Shown piece by piece: positions 38,950 through 53,279 of a DNA stretch of 64,000 nucleotides. The notes beneath the pieces were generated by a model that did not search any database, was not told where the DNA came from, and saw nothing but the letters and a program-made list of their open reading frames with translations. The position numbers and the translations under genes were made by a program. The stretch lies in the NCBI GenBank assembly GCA_964016885.1, contig OZ024740.1, positions 97,712,001 through 97,776,000 of the forward strand, written 5' to 3'. Source of the stretch: Eledone cirrhosa (taxonomy: Eukaryota). Position 1 is the stretch's first letter. Every line of letters starts with the position of its first letter.

Positions 38950-39803
38950 TCTCAATGCAGCAATGGATCACATACTGGCAACTCAAGCTGGCTATGGAGA
39001 AGTGTACCACCATGCATTTTGGGAGGAAAAATCCAGCGTCCACATACTCCCTCCACAACATTGATATCTTGTGAACGTGACCTGGGCATTACTGTCAGCA
39101 GCGATTTGCGTTGGACAAAGCACATCTCTAAAATTGTCAAGAAGCCCGAGGGTGTCTTGGCATCACTCAGCAAGACCTTTGTTAGCCGCTCTCCAGCCAT
39201 CTATTTAAAGCTATATACAGCTATGGTACGACCACACTTGGAATTCGCATCATCAGTCTGGAACCTCTATCTTGCTCAGAACATTGACCTCCTGGAAACT
39301 GTTCAGAGACGTGCAACCAACCATACTCTGAACGCCTTGCTTCCCTGGTCATGGATTCATTGAAGCTCTGACGTCTGGCAATGGACTTGGTAAACACCCA
39401 CAAAGTTATTAACCATCTCACCAACAACAATCCTTTGCACCTTTTGGATCTCCATGTGTCTAACACACGTGTACATGCCTACAAAATCAGAAAACAGCAC
39501 AGCTCCCATGACTTTCGGACACATTTTTTCACGCTTAGAGTTGCTGAATCATGGAACAAATTGCCTGCGTCAGTTGTTAGCTGCCGAGACACTGCATCCT
39601 TTAAAACCCTCATGCTTCCCGAAATTCGCTAAAACTACACCTGATGTCCCCCTTCCATACACAGCCATACATGTGTATATCATGATCATGCACTGTTGAT
39701 TTTCCTGACATTTGTACATTACCCTATGTACTATACATACACTTTTAATGAGTTGTAGTGCACCTGAGCACTGTACACAATATTTTCATTATTATTATTA
39801 TTT
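38950..39803 (+). mobile_element. CR1-group LINE 3' fragment
   Basis: ERDLGITVSSDLRWTKHI..LYTAMVRPHLEFASSVWN..LETVQRRAT and FFTLRVAESWNKLP, with an (ATT)n tail. Confidence 0.9.
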
Positions 39804-42800
39804 TAATACTAATAAACTAACCACTCCGGGCAGTATTTTGGCTACTATTTCAATCATCAATATAAGCTCGTCATGTTGTCCTAATATATTAAGAGGGATA
39901 TATTCATACAGTAATTCAGCTTTGCAACACGTTGTTCACCATGTGGTCTACCAATGACATGGTATGTATGATATATATTCAACTTGTCCCCTAATTCCTA
40001 AAAAGAATTCACCTCCTGATGAAGGAACTGAAATTTTTCCAATATTGATTATATTTATGTCTTGGAATTGCCAATATAGTATCAGAGTTCCATGGTATTA
40101 GTTAAGTTAAAACCAACTGTTTTAGCCAATTTGGCTTTTATCCCCCCAAATGAGATTTTGGCTTAAGTTTAATATATTTTATATATATATATTTTAATAA
40201 AAGATTGGAGGACATATTCAATTGATTCAGGTTTATTTAAAACTCTGTTATACATATTTCACTGAAGTTATGATAGCCTCAGCTCTTCAGATGGCAAAAC
40301 TTAAAATAAACATTGAAAATTCATAAGAAACCTTTAAATTTGAAAGAATCCAATAATTTCCTCTAAAAAAACATTTTACTTTTCATGATACATGGGCCAG
40401 CCAAACAGGTGGTGTTGTTTCTTCGACATCCCGCCCCTCTATATATACATATATATATATGCATGAATATCAACTTCATCAACATCATCATCGTTTAATG
40501 TCCATTTTCCATTGTAGCATGAGTTAGACGAGTTGTCTCGTTTGAAGCAAGTTGGGTCAGGTGACCATGTCTTGCTCATACAGAATGGCCTCTGGCTTGG
40601 TTTCTATGGTTGGATGCCCTTCGAAACTCCAACCACATTTACTGTATGGACTGGGTGCTTTTTGTCATGATATAAACATGATTACTTTACAATGACGGCT
40701 GCGTGCTTTCTGTCGTGACACCTACAGTATAAGGGTGGTGTGGACAGAAGTAGGTGGAAGCAGGTTATAGTGGTTAGGAGATACCTACTAGATGTGTATT
40801 TCAGTCGGTAGTTTTAGAAGATCCTGCATATAGTGACAGCAGTAATCTATTTCTTAAATGTTTAATCTGTACTGATAATAAATAGTTGTTCTATGGGTTT
40901 ATATATACTTATATATATATATACAATCCTTATCGAGTTCTCTTTGGATTTAGGTCTTTATAATCATTATTACCATATCTGTTCTACTCCTCATATTTAA
41001 TATATTGGTTGAGTTGCTTCTGGGTTTTATGAGGAACTATTTTTAGCATTCCTTTTTCACCGCCTGCTTCCATTCATCAATTGTTATATTAGGTAACGCA
41101 AGTGAAGTCATCATTTTGACTATGCCTTTATGGTAAATGTCTGATATCTTGTATGTTTAGTACGATGAGCCTATTGAAGAGATCTTTCATCTTAACTTTG
41201 CCATGTATTTATGTAATTGGCAAGAAGAAGAAGAAGAAGAAGAAGAAGAAGAGAGCTTAAGCACCGATTTTTATGTTTTATGCTTTCTCCTTAAGTCTAA
41301 TATGATACATATGTTATCTGCAGATATATTTTCTTTGGCATTGACATATAATTATTGAGTTGACTTCAAAACATTTCTTACAGCCTCTTTATAAAGTTTT
41401 GAAATTTTGACGGCATAAAATAAATCAAAAGTGAATATAACTGTTTGTTGTGTTTTTCAATGGTTCTACCATCATGAGTTTGTGTTTCAACACACATGGT
41501 CTCAGATTGTGTACTTGCCAAACAAGTACAGCTCTGAAATTATATTGTGATAGCCATTGAAAATAATTACATTATGATAACCATTTGGCTATTCAAATAT
41601 ATACATGCCATTGTATTCACTTTTGTTTTATTTTCTGATACTATCATATACTATAAAGTGTCAAAAAAGTTGTTTAATACAACATCAATGACTATATTCC
41701 ATTATGTTAAGCGACCATGCTGTTGATGTATTACAAAATATTCTGATATTTGCTATTAGAAAATATAACAAAATTAAAATAATAGCATATGTCTATTCTA
41801 AAATGTTTTGCTACTTGCCGTTATAAAAGATGAAAACAATCGGAAAGTTTGAGGAATTTATCAATACAACTTTCTTGTCATTAAGCTGGTGTTTACAGCA
41901 TAACTTAACATTGATTCTTACATAAAAATTTGACATGGGTTTACAGGGTTTACAAAACTCACTGATGTTATTTCAGTGATCTCCGGTCATGACCCACCCA
42001 TTCAATGAATCAATAACATTACTGTTGTGAAACTGCATCTCCATGTTCAGAGTGCACACATAATAGTTATGTAGCAGAGCTACTTGCATGGCCTGTATCA
42101 ATAATCTATCCAGGGGTGATTTGCCTAAAGTCAGACCAATTGTAAGCCGTGTATGGATATGTATCAACTTCCGCCAGCTCAAAGATTTTCCCGCGTCTTT
42201 GGTAAAAACTAGTCTCTTGCTGCTTTGGACTCTGAAAGGTAGACATGCTGTTATGTAATGGTGAGATTTTCACTTTGGCCTGTCAGCCTCCTTTGGCCTG
42301 GCACAGCACCTTTCTTTATTTCTTAAAACTCTTAATTTTGTTTGTTATTTTCTTTGACTTGTCAACCCAGCTTAACTTTTGTAATCGGTTGTAAATAAAA
42401 TTTGTAAAATAATATAAAATCTCGTATTATTTTCTACAAAGCCTGCAATTGAACTACAACTACTTTAACTAACATTCACTTTAAGGCTAACTTTGTCTCT
42501 CTCTCACTTAACAAACGTTGCATTTCTCACTATAACAAATAACAACAATAACTTTAATATTCTTTCTTATTAATATTATGCCAACATGGCATAATATTAT
42601 TTTTCTGCTAAAGTTACATAACGAGTGCTGTGGCTGTGTTTTGGTAAAGATACATTATGTATCTATCTCTTGGACGGATTCCGTTTCTGTGCAATATTCT
42701 ACCCAACAACAGTTATTAAAACTGTAGTGTGCAGAAAACAGCTTATCATCGGCAGATATTATGCAATTGGGCAATTGCATGTCCTCAGCACATTAACACC

Positions 42801-43492
42801 CCACTCAATACATAGGTCGTTAGTGTGTGCATACTAGCATGTATTGCTCTGATTATAAATCAAATACTTCTATGTTATCATGACAAATGCCCTCTAAAAA
42901 GAAATATAGAGGAAGACCATTGTATACGAATAAAAACATATTACGGAGGGTGAATTTAAAATGTGGTATTCCCACCAATATAGAACTCAACCATATAGAG
43001 ATATACACATATACACATATATATGTGCATAAAATCGAACATTTAATACTCAATATATAAACAATACAAATAAATTTAGATAAATATTAGCACTTTAAAA
43101 TATACAGTTTGTATTAAAAAATGAGGAACAGTTTCGGGACGGTTGATACCCAAGTGTCTTTCATGACTCTTTCAAGAAACCCTTTTTTTCTCAGACTTGT
43201 TCATAGCAATGCAAATATGCTTGTACTCATAATTGTCTGTGTATAGACAACTGCATCTGACATTATGTTTAAAACATTCCACACAAAATATCATGCATAT
43301 ATTCCCTCATACAAACTATGGTTTTTCTTTGTAAATACACTATATTGGGGGCAAGTTGACTCAGTATAAAATATTTCCACAAAATCAAAATTAGTATACA
43401 TTTAATGGAATTAAACTTGTTGATATTCTTTGACTCCATGTGAGCTCTGATTCGTAAATATATATATATATAAAAATAATAGTAATAATAAT

Positions 43493-43670
43493 AATTGTTT
43501 CTACAAGGCCAGCAATTACCCAGTGCATTACTGGTACTTTATTTTATCGACCCCGTAAGGATGAATGGCAAAGTTAACCTTAGCGGGATTTGAACTCAGA
43601 ATGGCAAGAGCCGTAACTGTATGCTGCAAAGCATAGCATCCAACCCTCTACCGATTCTGCCAATCTACCA
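43493..43670 (-). mobile_element. SINE family B
   Basis: Reverse match to 12381-12563. Confidence 0.85.
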
Positions 43671-46600
43671 AAATAATGTTTAAAAAATCTTCTAGTTTTT
43701 ACTATCTTATCTTTTATTCAGTCATTACTCTTATTCCTAATACATGAAATGACTAAAGTTGTCACCTGCTAGTGTCCATGCTTGGGATATCATAGAACCA
43801 CTTCATAATTAAAGGAATGATACAGGTAACTGAAGGTCAGAATATGCAACAGTTGAACTTACTATAAACAGCAGGAAATGGCACCCTGCTTGTTTAAAAA
43901 ATGAAACAGGTAATATAGTTCTAGATGAATTTATTATAATTTCTAAATTCACTTTTCTTTGCTGATATGGGTTGGACACATTTAATGAGGCAGTGTTTAT
44001 TGGTCAAATGTTCATCTTCATTCCAACTTTTTAGTCTCATCATATGACATGGTGCAACTATTCTAAAACCTGGGGTGTACATAGAGGAACTATGCAGGAA
44101 TAAAAGAAATAGAATTATCATAGCTGGAATGCCTCTGATTCTATATTTGTGGTATCAGTGTTCACATCAGAACTAAACATCATGGCAAGAAACAATATCA
44201 CAGCTAATTGAATATCTCTCTCTCTTAGTTAAATCTGGAATTTCTGAGAGAAACATTAATCTTGTTGACTTTATTTTATTTGAGAAAATCATCCCATTAT
44301 GAGGTTAGCTCTCATCTTCCAGTTAAAAAATTAATAATTGGCCTAGCCTCTTTATAGTCACTTGATCATCTACAAATTGCAGCCAAGTTTAACACCTGAA
44401 CTCCCTTAGAAAGAGAAAGGATATATTAGCTAATGTATTGTAAGATAGACCTTAAATAGAAGGGATTATCACATATAGAATGCTTCTTATCACAGGTTTC
44501 ATCAATGAGAGCTGACCTGAAGCTAAACAACAATGAAAATGAATAAAACAAAATTCAAATATGATATATCGTCAAACATCAAATTGATTAAAGCCAATAT
44601 AATTAGACAGTGTTACAGGATTATCTTCCAGATGTTATTCCTGCTATTCTTTATCACTTAACTGAGCAAACCTATGATGAAAAATATTTCAATGGGGGAA
44701 TGTAGAATTATTTCTCTAAATTACTTCTCCTTGATTAACCCTGTTAATTCCAACACATCTGAAACTGCCCCTGGGTAAATGACGGAAATTTTTTTTTTTT
44801 AAATTGTTGTGAATCTTCAATATATACCGTCTATTATAATTTTAAAAAAAAAATGTTTTCTTAAGTTATGTGTTGCACACCAACTCAATAATGAAGAAAA
44901 TTAAATATCCTTCCAATTTTTTAATTCTTTAAGAAATTTATTGAGAATTATAGGCAGATTCTTTCATTACAATTATTTGAACAAACATGTTAAGATAGTG
45001 CAGCGTAATTTAAGGAATATTTAGTTATATTATCCAGCAGATCAAGTATCCATTTAAATATTCCTTTGTGAACTTGTGTTTTGACTGATGTTGCTGCTGT
45101 TGATGTTCAGTATTTTCAGTCATCTTTACTGTGATGAACAGGTAGTTGGTTAAATATTCCTCAATTGACATTCTAAAAGAAACAATCTTATCTTTTAGTG
45201 TCACTCTCAGTTTTGATCATTTTACACTTTAAATATTTTACTACACTAATGTTATCAAGAGTTTGTTGATAGTTATTTAGCTGTTATATTAATCAGGGCA
45301 ATTTACAAAATGGAATGTTTTGTCATGTGGCTTGCTAAATGCAAGAGCTAAATCTACTACCCATCCGCAATGAACATACAGTTTTCAGTGTCTAGATATC
45401 AAATCAACAAGTACATATTTAATTCTATGTATGATTAAAAAAATATCTTTAAATGCATATTTGATGATGCACATTTGTTAGAGAAGACGGTTAAGATGTT
45501 TACCATTGATATAATGCAGGGCAAACATTTGGTAAAAAGGCATGATCTCTTTTGTCCATCACTAAAACATTTGTTTACAGGTAGTGTGTCATAAGAAAAA
45601 TCAATATGGAAGTTTACTTCTCACAGCCATGTGTTTCAGGTTTTGATGCCACTTTGTGTCACTTTGATCAAATGACTTTTACGACAACCTTGGGCTGAAC
45701 AAGTCCTTGTGAGTCAATTAAGTTGATAGAAGCTGTGAAGAAGCCCATTATATATCACCATCATCATCATCATCATTATCATTTTAACGTCCGTTTTCCA
45801 CTTTTACTTATGTGTGTGATGTTAGTTAAAGGTGGTGAACTAGTTTGAGCTTTTGATGCTATGAAAAGTGTTTAGATATAGAAGTATTTTACACCCATTT
45901 TATCAATGGTTATTAATGGCTGTAACATGCAGGGGGTGAACAATACACAGGCTGGAACAAAGTATCAAGATTGCATCTTTTTATATTTTATACACACATG
46001 ACACATGGTTTTATATCAATCAGTTCAAGTTATCTAAAGTGGTTGAAGCTAGGAAAGGCATTGAAATGTACAACACATGCTAAAATTAAAATGTATTTGC
46101 GATATGGCCCTATGCTCATCTTGGGAGACTGTTACTTTTATTCAGTAGAGACTTGATCTGTAAAGACCTGTCCAACTCATACAAACATGAAGAAGTTGAC
46201 TATGGATAGATACATATATAGATTTCATCTTGTTTAAACAAATATTATTATGAGGTACATGGCTGGCCTTGTGCCTAAACGAGAAACAATTATGAGGTAC
46301 ATGAAAACCAGCCTATCTTTTGTGTAAGGTAAATGTAACTGCCTGGTATATATGACAGGTGTGAATTAAAGTCACACACGCTATACCAGGGTTTCCTAAC
46401 CTGCGTTATATCACCTAATGGTGGACGATTTTAGATGGTAGATGGGCGATGAGCAACTGAACAGAAAACAGTTTGTGATCTGAAATTTTGGTGGACGATA
46501 CGATATAGAATTTTGAGTAGTAAAAATGTATTTCAAAATGTGATACCCGAAAAAAACTATTCAAAAGAGATATTCAAAGAACCTGTATAAAAAAAGGAGG

Positions 46601-48019
46601 TTAAATGGGAATAACAAACCAGTAACAAACCTTTACCAAATATTTTCTGTATACTTTTGAATATTTACTGTACAGGTAGGTAGTGGAAACGTTTTCCATG
46701 GAAAATGGGTGATGGCACAAAAGTTGGGCACTCTGAGCTATACTGTCCATTTTTTGTATCCCTAGGGGTTTATATGCCCAACTTACTTGACTTGTTAGAG
46801 AGTGGTTGTTTGTCAGTAACAATAGTGCACCAAGCAAAATAATTTGCAGCATTTATTTATTGTCCTTTATATTCTTAGTTAAAATCACACTGAGGGAAAC
46901 TTTACCCCTTCAGGTCAATTAAATAAAGTTCTGACACAATATTGAATCAATATAATAGACCTTCCCCTTCCCATAAACTGTTGGCCTTGTGCTAATACTA
47001 GAACGATTTATTATGCACAAGGAAGAAAATGCATAAACTAATATTTTGTCTGTTCTTTGAAATATCGTCTTTCGTAAACCATAAACAGGCAAAAAAGTAA
47101 AAATAAAAAATACGAAAAGGGTTGTTGCTGAGTTTACTTAGATTTATCTTCTGCTTATTTTTTTTTTTTTTTTCTCAGTAGTTTGTGTTGATTTGTTTGT
47201 CACACCACCATCCCCTATCATGCTTGCACAAGTTGTCAACACAAGTTGTTCATTTCTCAGCACTTTAACAAATATTTCTTTCCTCATTCTACTTACTTAT
47301 TCATTCCTTAATTTATCCATTTATGTATTTATTTACTTCAAGAGAAATTCTTGGGGAATAAATGAGATAAAAATAGTAAAAAATATTAAAAAAAGACAAA
47401 AAGGGAAAAACGAAAAAAAAATAGTAAATGAGCAAAAAATTCCATCTTATAATCACCGAAGACTACAACACTTGTTTCTACATTTATTTTTTTTCCAAAT
47501 CCCTCATAGCAATAATCAAAGGAATGGAAATAGAGAGTGACAAATAAAAAGAAAACTAAAAACTAACAAGTAAAATCTTATTCTATTATACATTAGTAAG
47601 GCATAATGGTTATCGTAGCAGTTTTTTTTATTTGTTCTTTTATGTTATTTTATTCTTTCTGAGTAATGCATGAGGTATACTTCCATATATAGTCATTTAT
47701 ATTAGTTTTTGGAGGGATTTTTTTGGTTATTATCCTTTTCTTGTTGTAAACTTTAATTCCATTTCTGTCTTTTTAAAAAATGCAATAGCCAACAATATAA
47801 GAAATGGAGGAAATATCTACTTTCCACCTGAACAACATTATATCATTTATTACTGAAGGTAGAGAGAAGAATTAAAGGTTTCTTTACCTTTATGACGACA
47901 AAAATACACTGAACTCAATAATTCCAAATTCAGGATGTGGATATTGCACTTGACTTTAGTTACATAACTAATAACACTGAGAAAAGCATGGACATCATAG
48001 AATTTTATTTCTTGGTGAA

Positions 48020-48780
48020 CTACCCAGCATAGAAAAATAGCAATACAAGTGTTTTAAGACGAATTTCCTTGTTAAAGTAGGGGTTAGTCTTACAAGCCTC
48101 ATGACAGGTTTGCCCACTTTGCTCTACCTTCACCAAGCCCCTGACTTTCATTTCCTCTTTCATCATCATTAGCCATCTCTTTCTTGGTCTTCCTCTTCTT
48201 TTACTTCCCTTTGCATTCATTTCCATTACTTCTCTCAGTCAGTCTCTTTCCTCCATCCTCAACATATGACCTAGTCATCTCATTGCATTATTCTTCACAA
48301 TATTCATATTGGCTCTATTCCCATCACATTGTTTGCCTTCCTCCCTCTGAATGATGATACTCTAGTTTTCCTTGAATCATTCTCATTTCTATTCTATTCT
48401 ATCCAACCTTTTCTGTTGTTATCCTTAATATCTTGCTCTCATAAATCATAGTACTTCTCACACATGCAGCATACATCTTTCAATCCAAATTCAGCAACAT
48501 AGCAGAACACCCAGAATGTCTTTCATGCCCATCTCACTCGTGACACTATCACCAAATCCAATCCACATTCTCCTTTCAACATATCTTCTAGATAACAAAT
48601 CGTCTTCACATCATTCATCTTCACTCATTCTGCAGATCCTTTCATACACTTTTACACTTAAATGAGGCTGCAAAATTATTTACTAATACTCTTACACAAA
48701 TACATGTACATTTAAAGGAGTTCACTCCAATACCCTTTCTGCAAACTACACATGGCCATCTGTATGTTCATCTCTTCCCC
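48020..48780 (-). mobile_element. Old RTE-like LINE 3' relic
   Basis: MEMNAKGSKRRGRPRKRW C-terminal motif; degenerate upstream. Confidence 0.55.
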
Positions 48781-48829
48781 CACTCTCTGTCTTTCTCTCT
48801 CTATATATATATATATATAAATAAGCACT

Positions 48830-49965
48830 GGGCACCAGGCAACACATCAGTGAAGCTAAAATCCCGAAGGAAAAGATCAACACAAATGAACCATCCAAAA
48901 GGGAAGTCAAAGAGGTGGTGAAAAAAAAACAACAGAATCTACATCTTGCCTAAGTAGTATACCTTACATGGTATATAAGAATTGCCCAATGTTCCTTAAG
49001 AGATTGTGGATGTATAAGAAAGGATACTCTTCAGCACTCCTAAGTATGGAAAGTAAGATATTCTCAGTATTGGCCAAATAAATGACCTCATATGTGATTG
49101 AGAATGGTTACATCAATACTTCTATCCAGAATAGTGGGATTCCAGGTGTTATCTGGATGTGTTGAACACATCAGAGTTCTTAGCCAGATGATTTGTGAGG
49201 CCAAGAAATTAATAGGGACCTGATTTAGCCAGGATATATGGAACAATCTCTCATGCCCACATACAAACAGCACTAGATCACTACCATAACCCTCGTCATA
49301 GCAATGGAATCATCAGCAGCTACTTTGGAGGTTTCCAGTTGCTGTTACAACTCATTAGTAGTTGCTTGAAAAAAGGAATTGTAACTGGCTGCTCAATTCC
49401 TCCCATTCTTTGCATCATGGGAATGAACCTCCTTAAAACTGCAGCTGGGGTGAAGCATGTTATCAGGCATCCAACAACTCCCAATAATAGGTTTCATGGA
49501 CGATCTTACTGTGACAATCACAACCCAGGAGAAGGCAAGAGAGGTGTTAGCAAGGGTTGGGCATGGGGCAAAGTGAGCAAGGATGAGGTTCAAGTTAGAG
49601 AAGTCTTGGAGCATGGTGGTCAGGAAAGGAAGAATGCAGGTGCAATTAAAGTGAGTGGTGGGGGTGGGGGTTATTCCACCGATCCAGAGAAATCAATCAA
49701 AATGCCTTGGAAAATTGTTTGATAGGAACATCACCAAAATAGAAAGGCAGATAGAGGAATGGCTGTGAAGAATTGAGAAATCAGGGTTCCAAGGGAATTT
49801 TAAAGCATGGGTCTGGCAGCATTGTTTGCTGCCAAGACTTATGGCTATTAATTTTTTGTATGAGGTTGCTATGTAAAGGATGAGTAGAGGAGAGTGGAAG
49901 ATCAACAAATATCTCCAAATATGGTTGGGAACTCCTCCAAGATTCATTAAAGTTTGCTTCTACAT
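48830..49965 (+). mobile_element. Decayed Hero-like (REL-endonuclease group) non-LTR RT fragment
   Basis: LKKGIVTGCSIPPILCIMGMNLL, GFMDDLTVT, PIKCLGK-like and KSGFQGNFKAWVWQHCLLPRL. Confidence 0.7.
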
Positions 49966-51611
49966 ATATGGTACCATTACTCTCGAGGGTGTTGTAGAAG
50001 TGCCCTAGAGCAGAGAGCCTTTCCTCTCACCAACCACATATAGGACTTACCAGGTGCATTTTTGTGGCACCATCACTAGAGAGGTTGTGGTCATAGACCC
50101 AACTATAAAGCCCTCTCAACTCTGGGGAAGGGGGCAATAGGGAAGGGAGATAGATATAAAGTTATAGATGTACGTAGGCAATTGGCAGGTCAATGAGTAA
50201 AGGGTAGGAGTAACTGATTAGTGTATGGGGATGTAGTGGTCAATATGGTGGGTTGAAAGTGTGATGGGGAGATAGGTTCGAGATAAGGGATGAGTAAGGG
50301 GTAGGAGTAGCTAATTAGTGAATGAGGAAAGTGGATGTAGTGGTGTGGTGGATGTGGCTGATAGAGAGGTGTCATGGTGGAAAGATACAAGGATTTGCTG
50401 AAAAGTTCATAAGGTTACTATGAAGGAGTGATTCTAGCACTATGTAGTCTTGCATGCATTTATTTCAACTCTTCTGATTAATAATTTCATTAATTTTTAT
50501 AAACCTCATTTGGTCATTTGATGAGAGTATCTTGGTCAGCCTATGGACTTTTCATCCAACACTTGTAGGTAAGAGGTAGTAAGGGATGTTAGTGGACAAG
50601 GGTAAACACAGGGTAGAGAGAGTAACTACTAGGGTGCAATGGGGAGGAAAAATGGTGGGGAGAGTTAGTACAAGGGAGGGAAAGGCCCTATTGATATGCC
50701 AGGTCATATTATATGCATCTGGCCAGACCTTCATCATCACAGTATAGTGCCAGCCCTCTTGGTTTTTTTGTCATCTCAGTTGTGAGGCTTAGTTTCTTAA
50801 TGTCGCTCTTCACTATCTCATCCCATTTCTTCCTTGGTCTGATTATTCCTCAAGTTCCAGCCTCAGTCTTCAAGGATTGTTCTGCATTTCTCCATAGGCA
50901 TCACATGTCCATACCAGCACAGTCTTCTCTCTTGCACATTATATCCTGTAAGTGCTGCTTTAAATATAATTCTATGCAATATTATTGTGACTTTAAACAG
51001 CATTACTAAAAACTACTTTGCTATGGACTATTAGCTTACTTTTGGCCATGAATTCCAGCTAGCTACTGCTATAAAATAATACTGTCAATGACATGAGTTT
51101 GCAAAACTCCATGGAAACGAAAAATTTCAGAATTTAAAACTTACTACTCTGAGAAAATGCAACCATTTTTATTTCTTTGCCATTTTCCATATTTTCTCTT
51201 TTTCTTTGTTGAAGGTAGAATTATTTTTAGTAGACTTTAAAAAATAAGTTAACAAACATCTTGAGAGATAAAAAATAAATATGATGTGTCACCGCAGATA
51301 GCTAGAATGGAAACCAACTTCTATAATGTAAGGTGTAAAGATTCACTTACTTCTGTAAAACTGATTTTTATATTCCTGCTAAAATTGTTGAAACATATAA
51401 ACAGCTACCACGTAAATCAAAAGTATTTTGTTCACCTTACTATACTTCAGTATTGCTTTGAAAGCTCTTAATATAAGTTACATTTTGTTCTGTATTTAAA
51501 TTTAACCATATCATTAGTATGACTATCAGAGAGAGGGGGAGAGATATAGATAGAGGGAGAGTTAGGGAGAGAGAATGAGAGTGAGAGAAAGATATATATA
51601 TATATATATAT

Positions 51612-51970
51612 AGAAAAAGAGATGAAATCGAAAATGCAACTGAAGTCTTATTTTTTTTTTAAATATATATATTTATTTGGTTCCTTTACCGGTTTCGCAG
51701 TTCTTCTGCTTTTCAAAAGGTGAGTTGAGATGGAGGGTCTGTGGTTTTCCTCACATCAGATGTGAGGAAAACCACAGACCCTCCATCTCAACTCACCTTT
51801 TGAAAAGCAGAAGAACTGCGAAACCGGTAAAGGAACCAAATAAATATATATATTTTTTTTTAAAATAAGACTTCAGTTGCATTTTCGATTTCATCTCTTT
51901 TTCTTTATACTTTCACTCGTGTAGGACACCTCGGTTATTTTTCATTTTGTAAAAAAAACCTCACTTTCTA
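51612..51970 (+). mobile_element. Fold-back element family D: 146-bp arms around a 1-nt apex (51758) plus ~66-nt tail
   Basis: Near-perfect palindrome at 51612-51904 with (TA)n flanks. Confidence 0.9.
51796..51833 (+). ncRNA. Minimal hammerhead, U3-A8 variant (mirror 51683-51720, minus strand)
   Basis: CCTT-TTGAAAA-GCAGaagaaCTGC-GAAAC-CG-GT-A-AAGG. All stems are perfect. Confidence 0.85.
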
Positions 51971-51995
51971 ATATATATATATATATATATACATA

Positions 51996-52380
51996 TATCA
52001 AAATGAAAATCCGAAGGCAAGGTAAAATTCCAATCATTTAATCACGACACATGTTTCAATAAGAGATAGATTGATTGTGAAGCCATGATCGACCATCACC
52101 GATCTCATCAGGTGAAAATTAATTGTCTTCAAATACTCGATTTTCACCTGATGAGATCGGTGATGGTCGATCATGGCTTCACAATCGATCTATCTCTTAT
52201 TGAAACACGTGTCGTGATTAAATGATTGGAATTTTACCTTGCCTTCGGATTTTCATTTTGATACTTATACTCCGTTTTACATCATCGAATGGAATTGAAG
52301 ATATACAAAAGCGTGGAGAACTTAATATTGCTAACATAAAGTTATTGGACCATTTTACACAACCAATATTGCACCTTACT
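51996..52380 (+). mobile_element. Fold-back element family E: 124-bp arms (51996-52119 / 52140-52263) plus ~117-nt tail
   Basis: Inverted arms each carry a hammerhead; (TA)n flanks. Confidence 0.9.
52144..52217 (+). ncRNA. Canonical GUC hammerhead (mirror 52042-52115, minus strand)
   Basis: TCAC-CTGATGA-GATCG..CGATC..att-GAAAC-ACGT-GT-C-GTGA. Confidence 0.85.
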
Positions 52381-52407
52381 ATATAACAACTATATATACA
52401 TATATAT

Positions 52408-52754
52408 ATATCAACTAGAAATTGATTGACATATATATATATATAAAATAAACATATGAAACAATCACAGGGAAACAATCACATATGAAACAATCACAGG
52501 GAATAATTTATAAAAGTGTGTAAGCACACATAGCTAGGTAGGTAACTAATTAATTACCTACCTAGCTATGTGTGCTTACACACTTTTACAAATTATTCCC
52601 TGTGATTGTTTCATATGTTTATTTTAGATATATATGTCAATCAATTTCTAGTTGATATAAAATGCTCGGATCTATTCATTGGAATCTTGGAGCATGTCCT
52701 ACAGTGGATATGCCGCATGTCTCTCTGACATGACACCCTTAATGTAATTTTGGA
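52408..52754 (+). mobile_element. Fold-back element family F (arms 52408-52658, apex ~52548) plus ~96-nt tail; no hammerhead retained
   Basis: atatcaactagaaattgattgac.. / ..gtcaatcaatttctagttgatat. The left arm has a small internal duplication. Confidence 0.85.
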
Positions 52755-52801
52755 TATACATATATATATATATTATGTATATATATATATATTTTTTTCT
52801 T

Positions 52802-53120
52802 TGTCCGGTCAGCTGACCTTGTCTTGCTCATACGGGAACTGATTCTGGCTTGATTTCTACAGCTGGATGCCCTTCCTAATACCAACCTCATTTACAGTAC
52901 GTGGTGGGTGCTTTTTTGCTGTGGCACCACCATGACCACTTTACAGTGGAATGATAGGGACCCCAGTCCTATCATCTCATTTCTAAGGCTGAGTAAACTG
53001 GAACATTGTGAAATAAAGTCTCTTGCTCAAGGAAACAACACATCACCCAGTCCGAGAAATCAACTCACAACCTTTCGATTGCAAGCCCAATGCTCTAACT
53101 ACTAAGCCATACACCTTCAT
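52802..53120 (-). mobile_element. SINE family A with tRNA-like head
   Basis: rc head GAAGGTGTATGGCTTAGTAGTTAGAGCATTGGGCTTGCAATCGAAAGGTTGTGAGTTGATTTC, followed by the RTE-like tail. Confidence 0.85.
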
Positions 53121-53121
53121 C

Positions 53122-53218
<97 letters not shown>

Positions 53219-53279
53219 ATTAAAAAGAATCTTGAAGACAAGTGAGAGGTGAACCAAAATAATGATTATATGTATATCA

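Noticed and set aside
40012-40095. CTGATGA followed by a GGAACT/AGTTCC stem
   Set aside because: No GAAA box or stem III follows; at best a broken remnant.
26517-52754. Palindromes as MITEs, CRISPR repeats or rho-independent terminators
   Set aside because: The sequence is eukaryotic, with no repeat-spacer array. The asymmetric tails, hammerheads and link to a GIY-YIG ORF fit PLE ends better than TIR elements.
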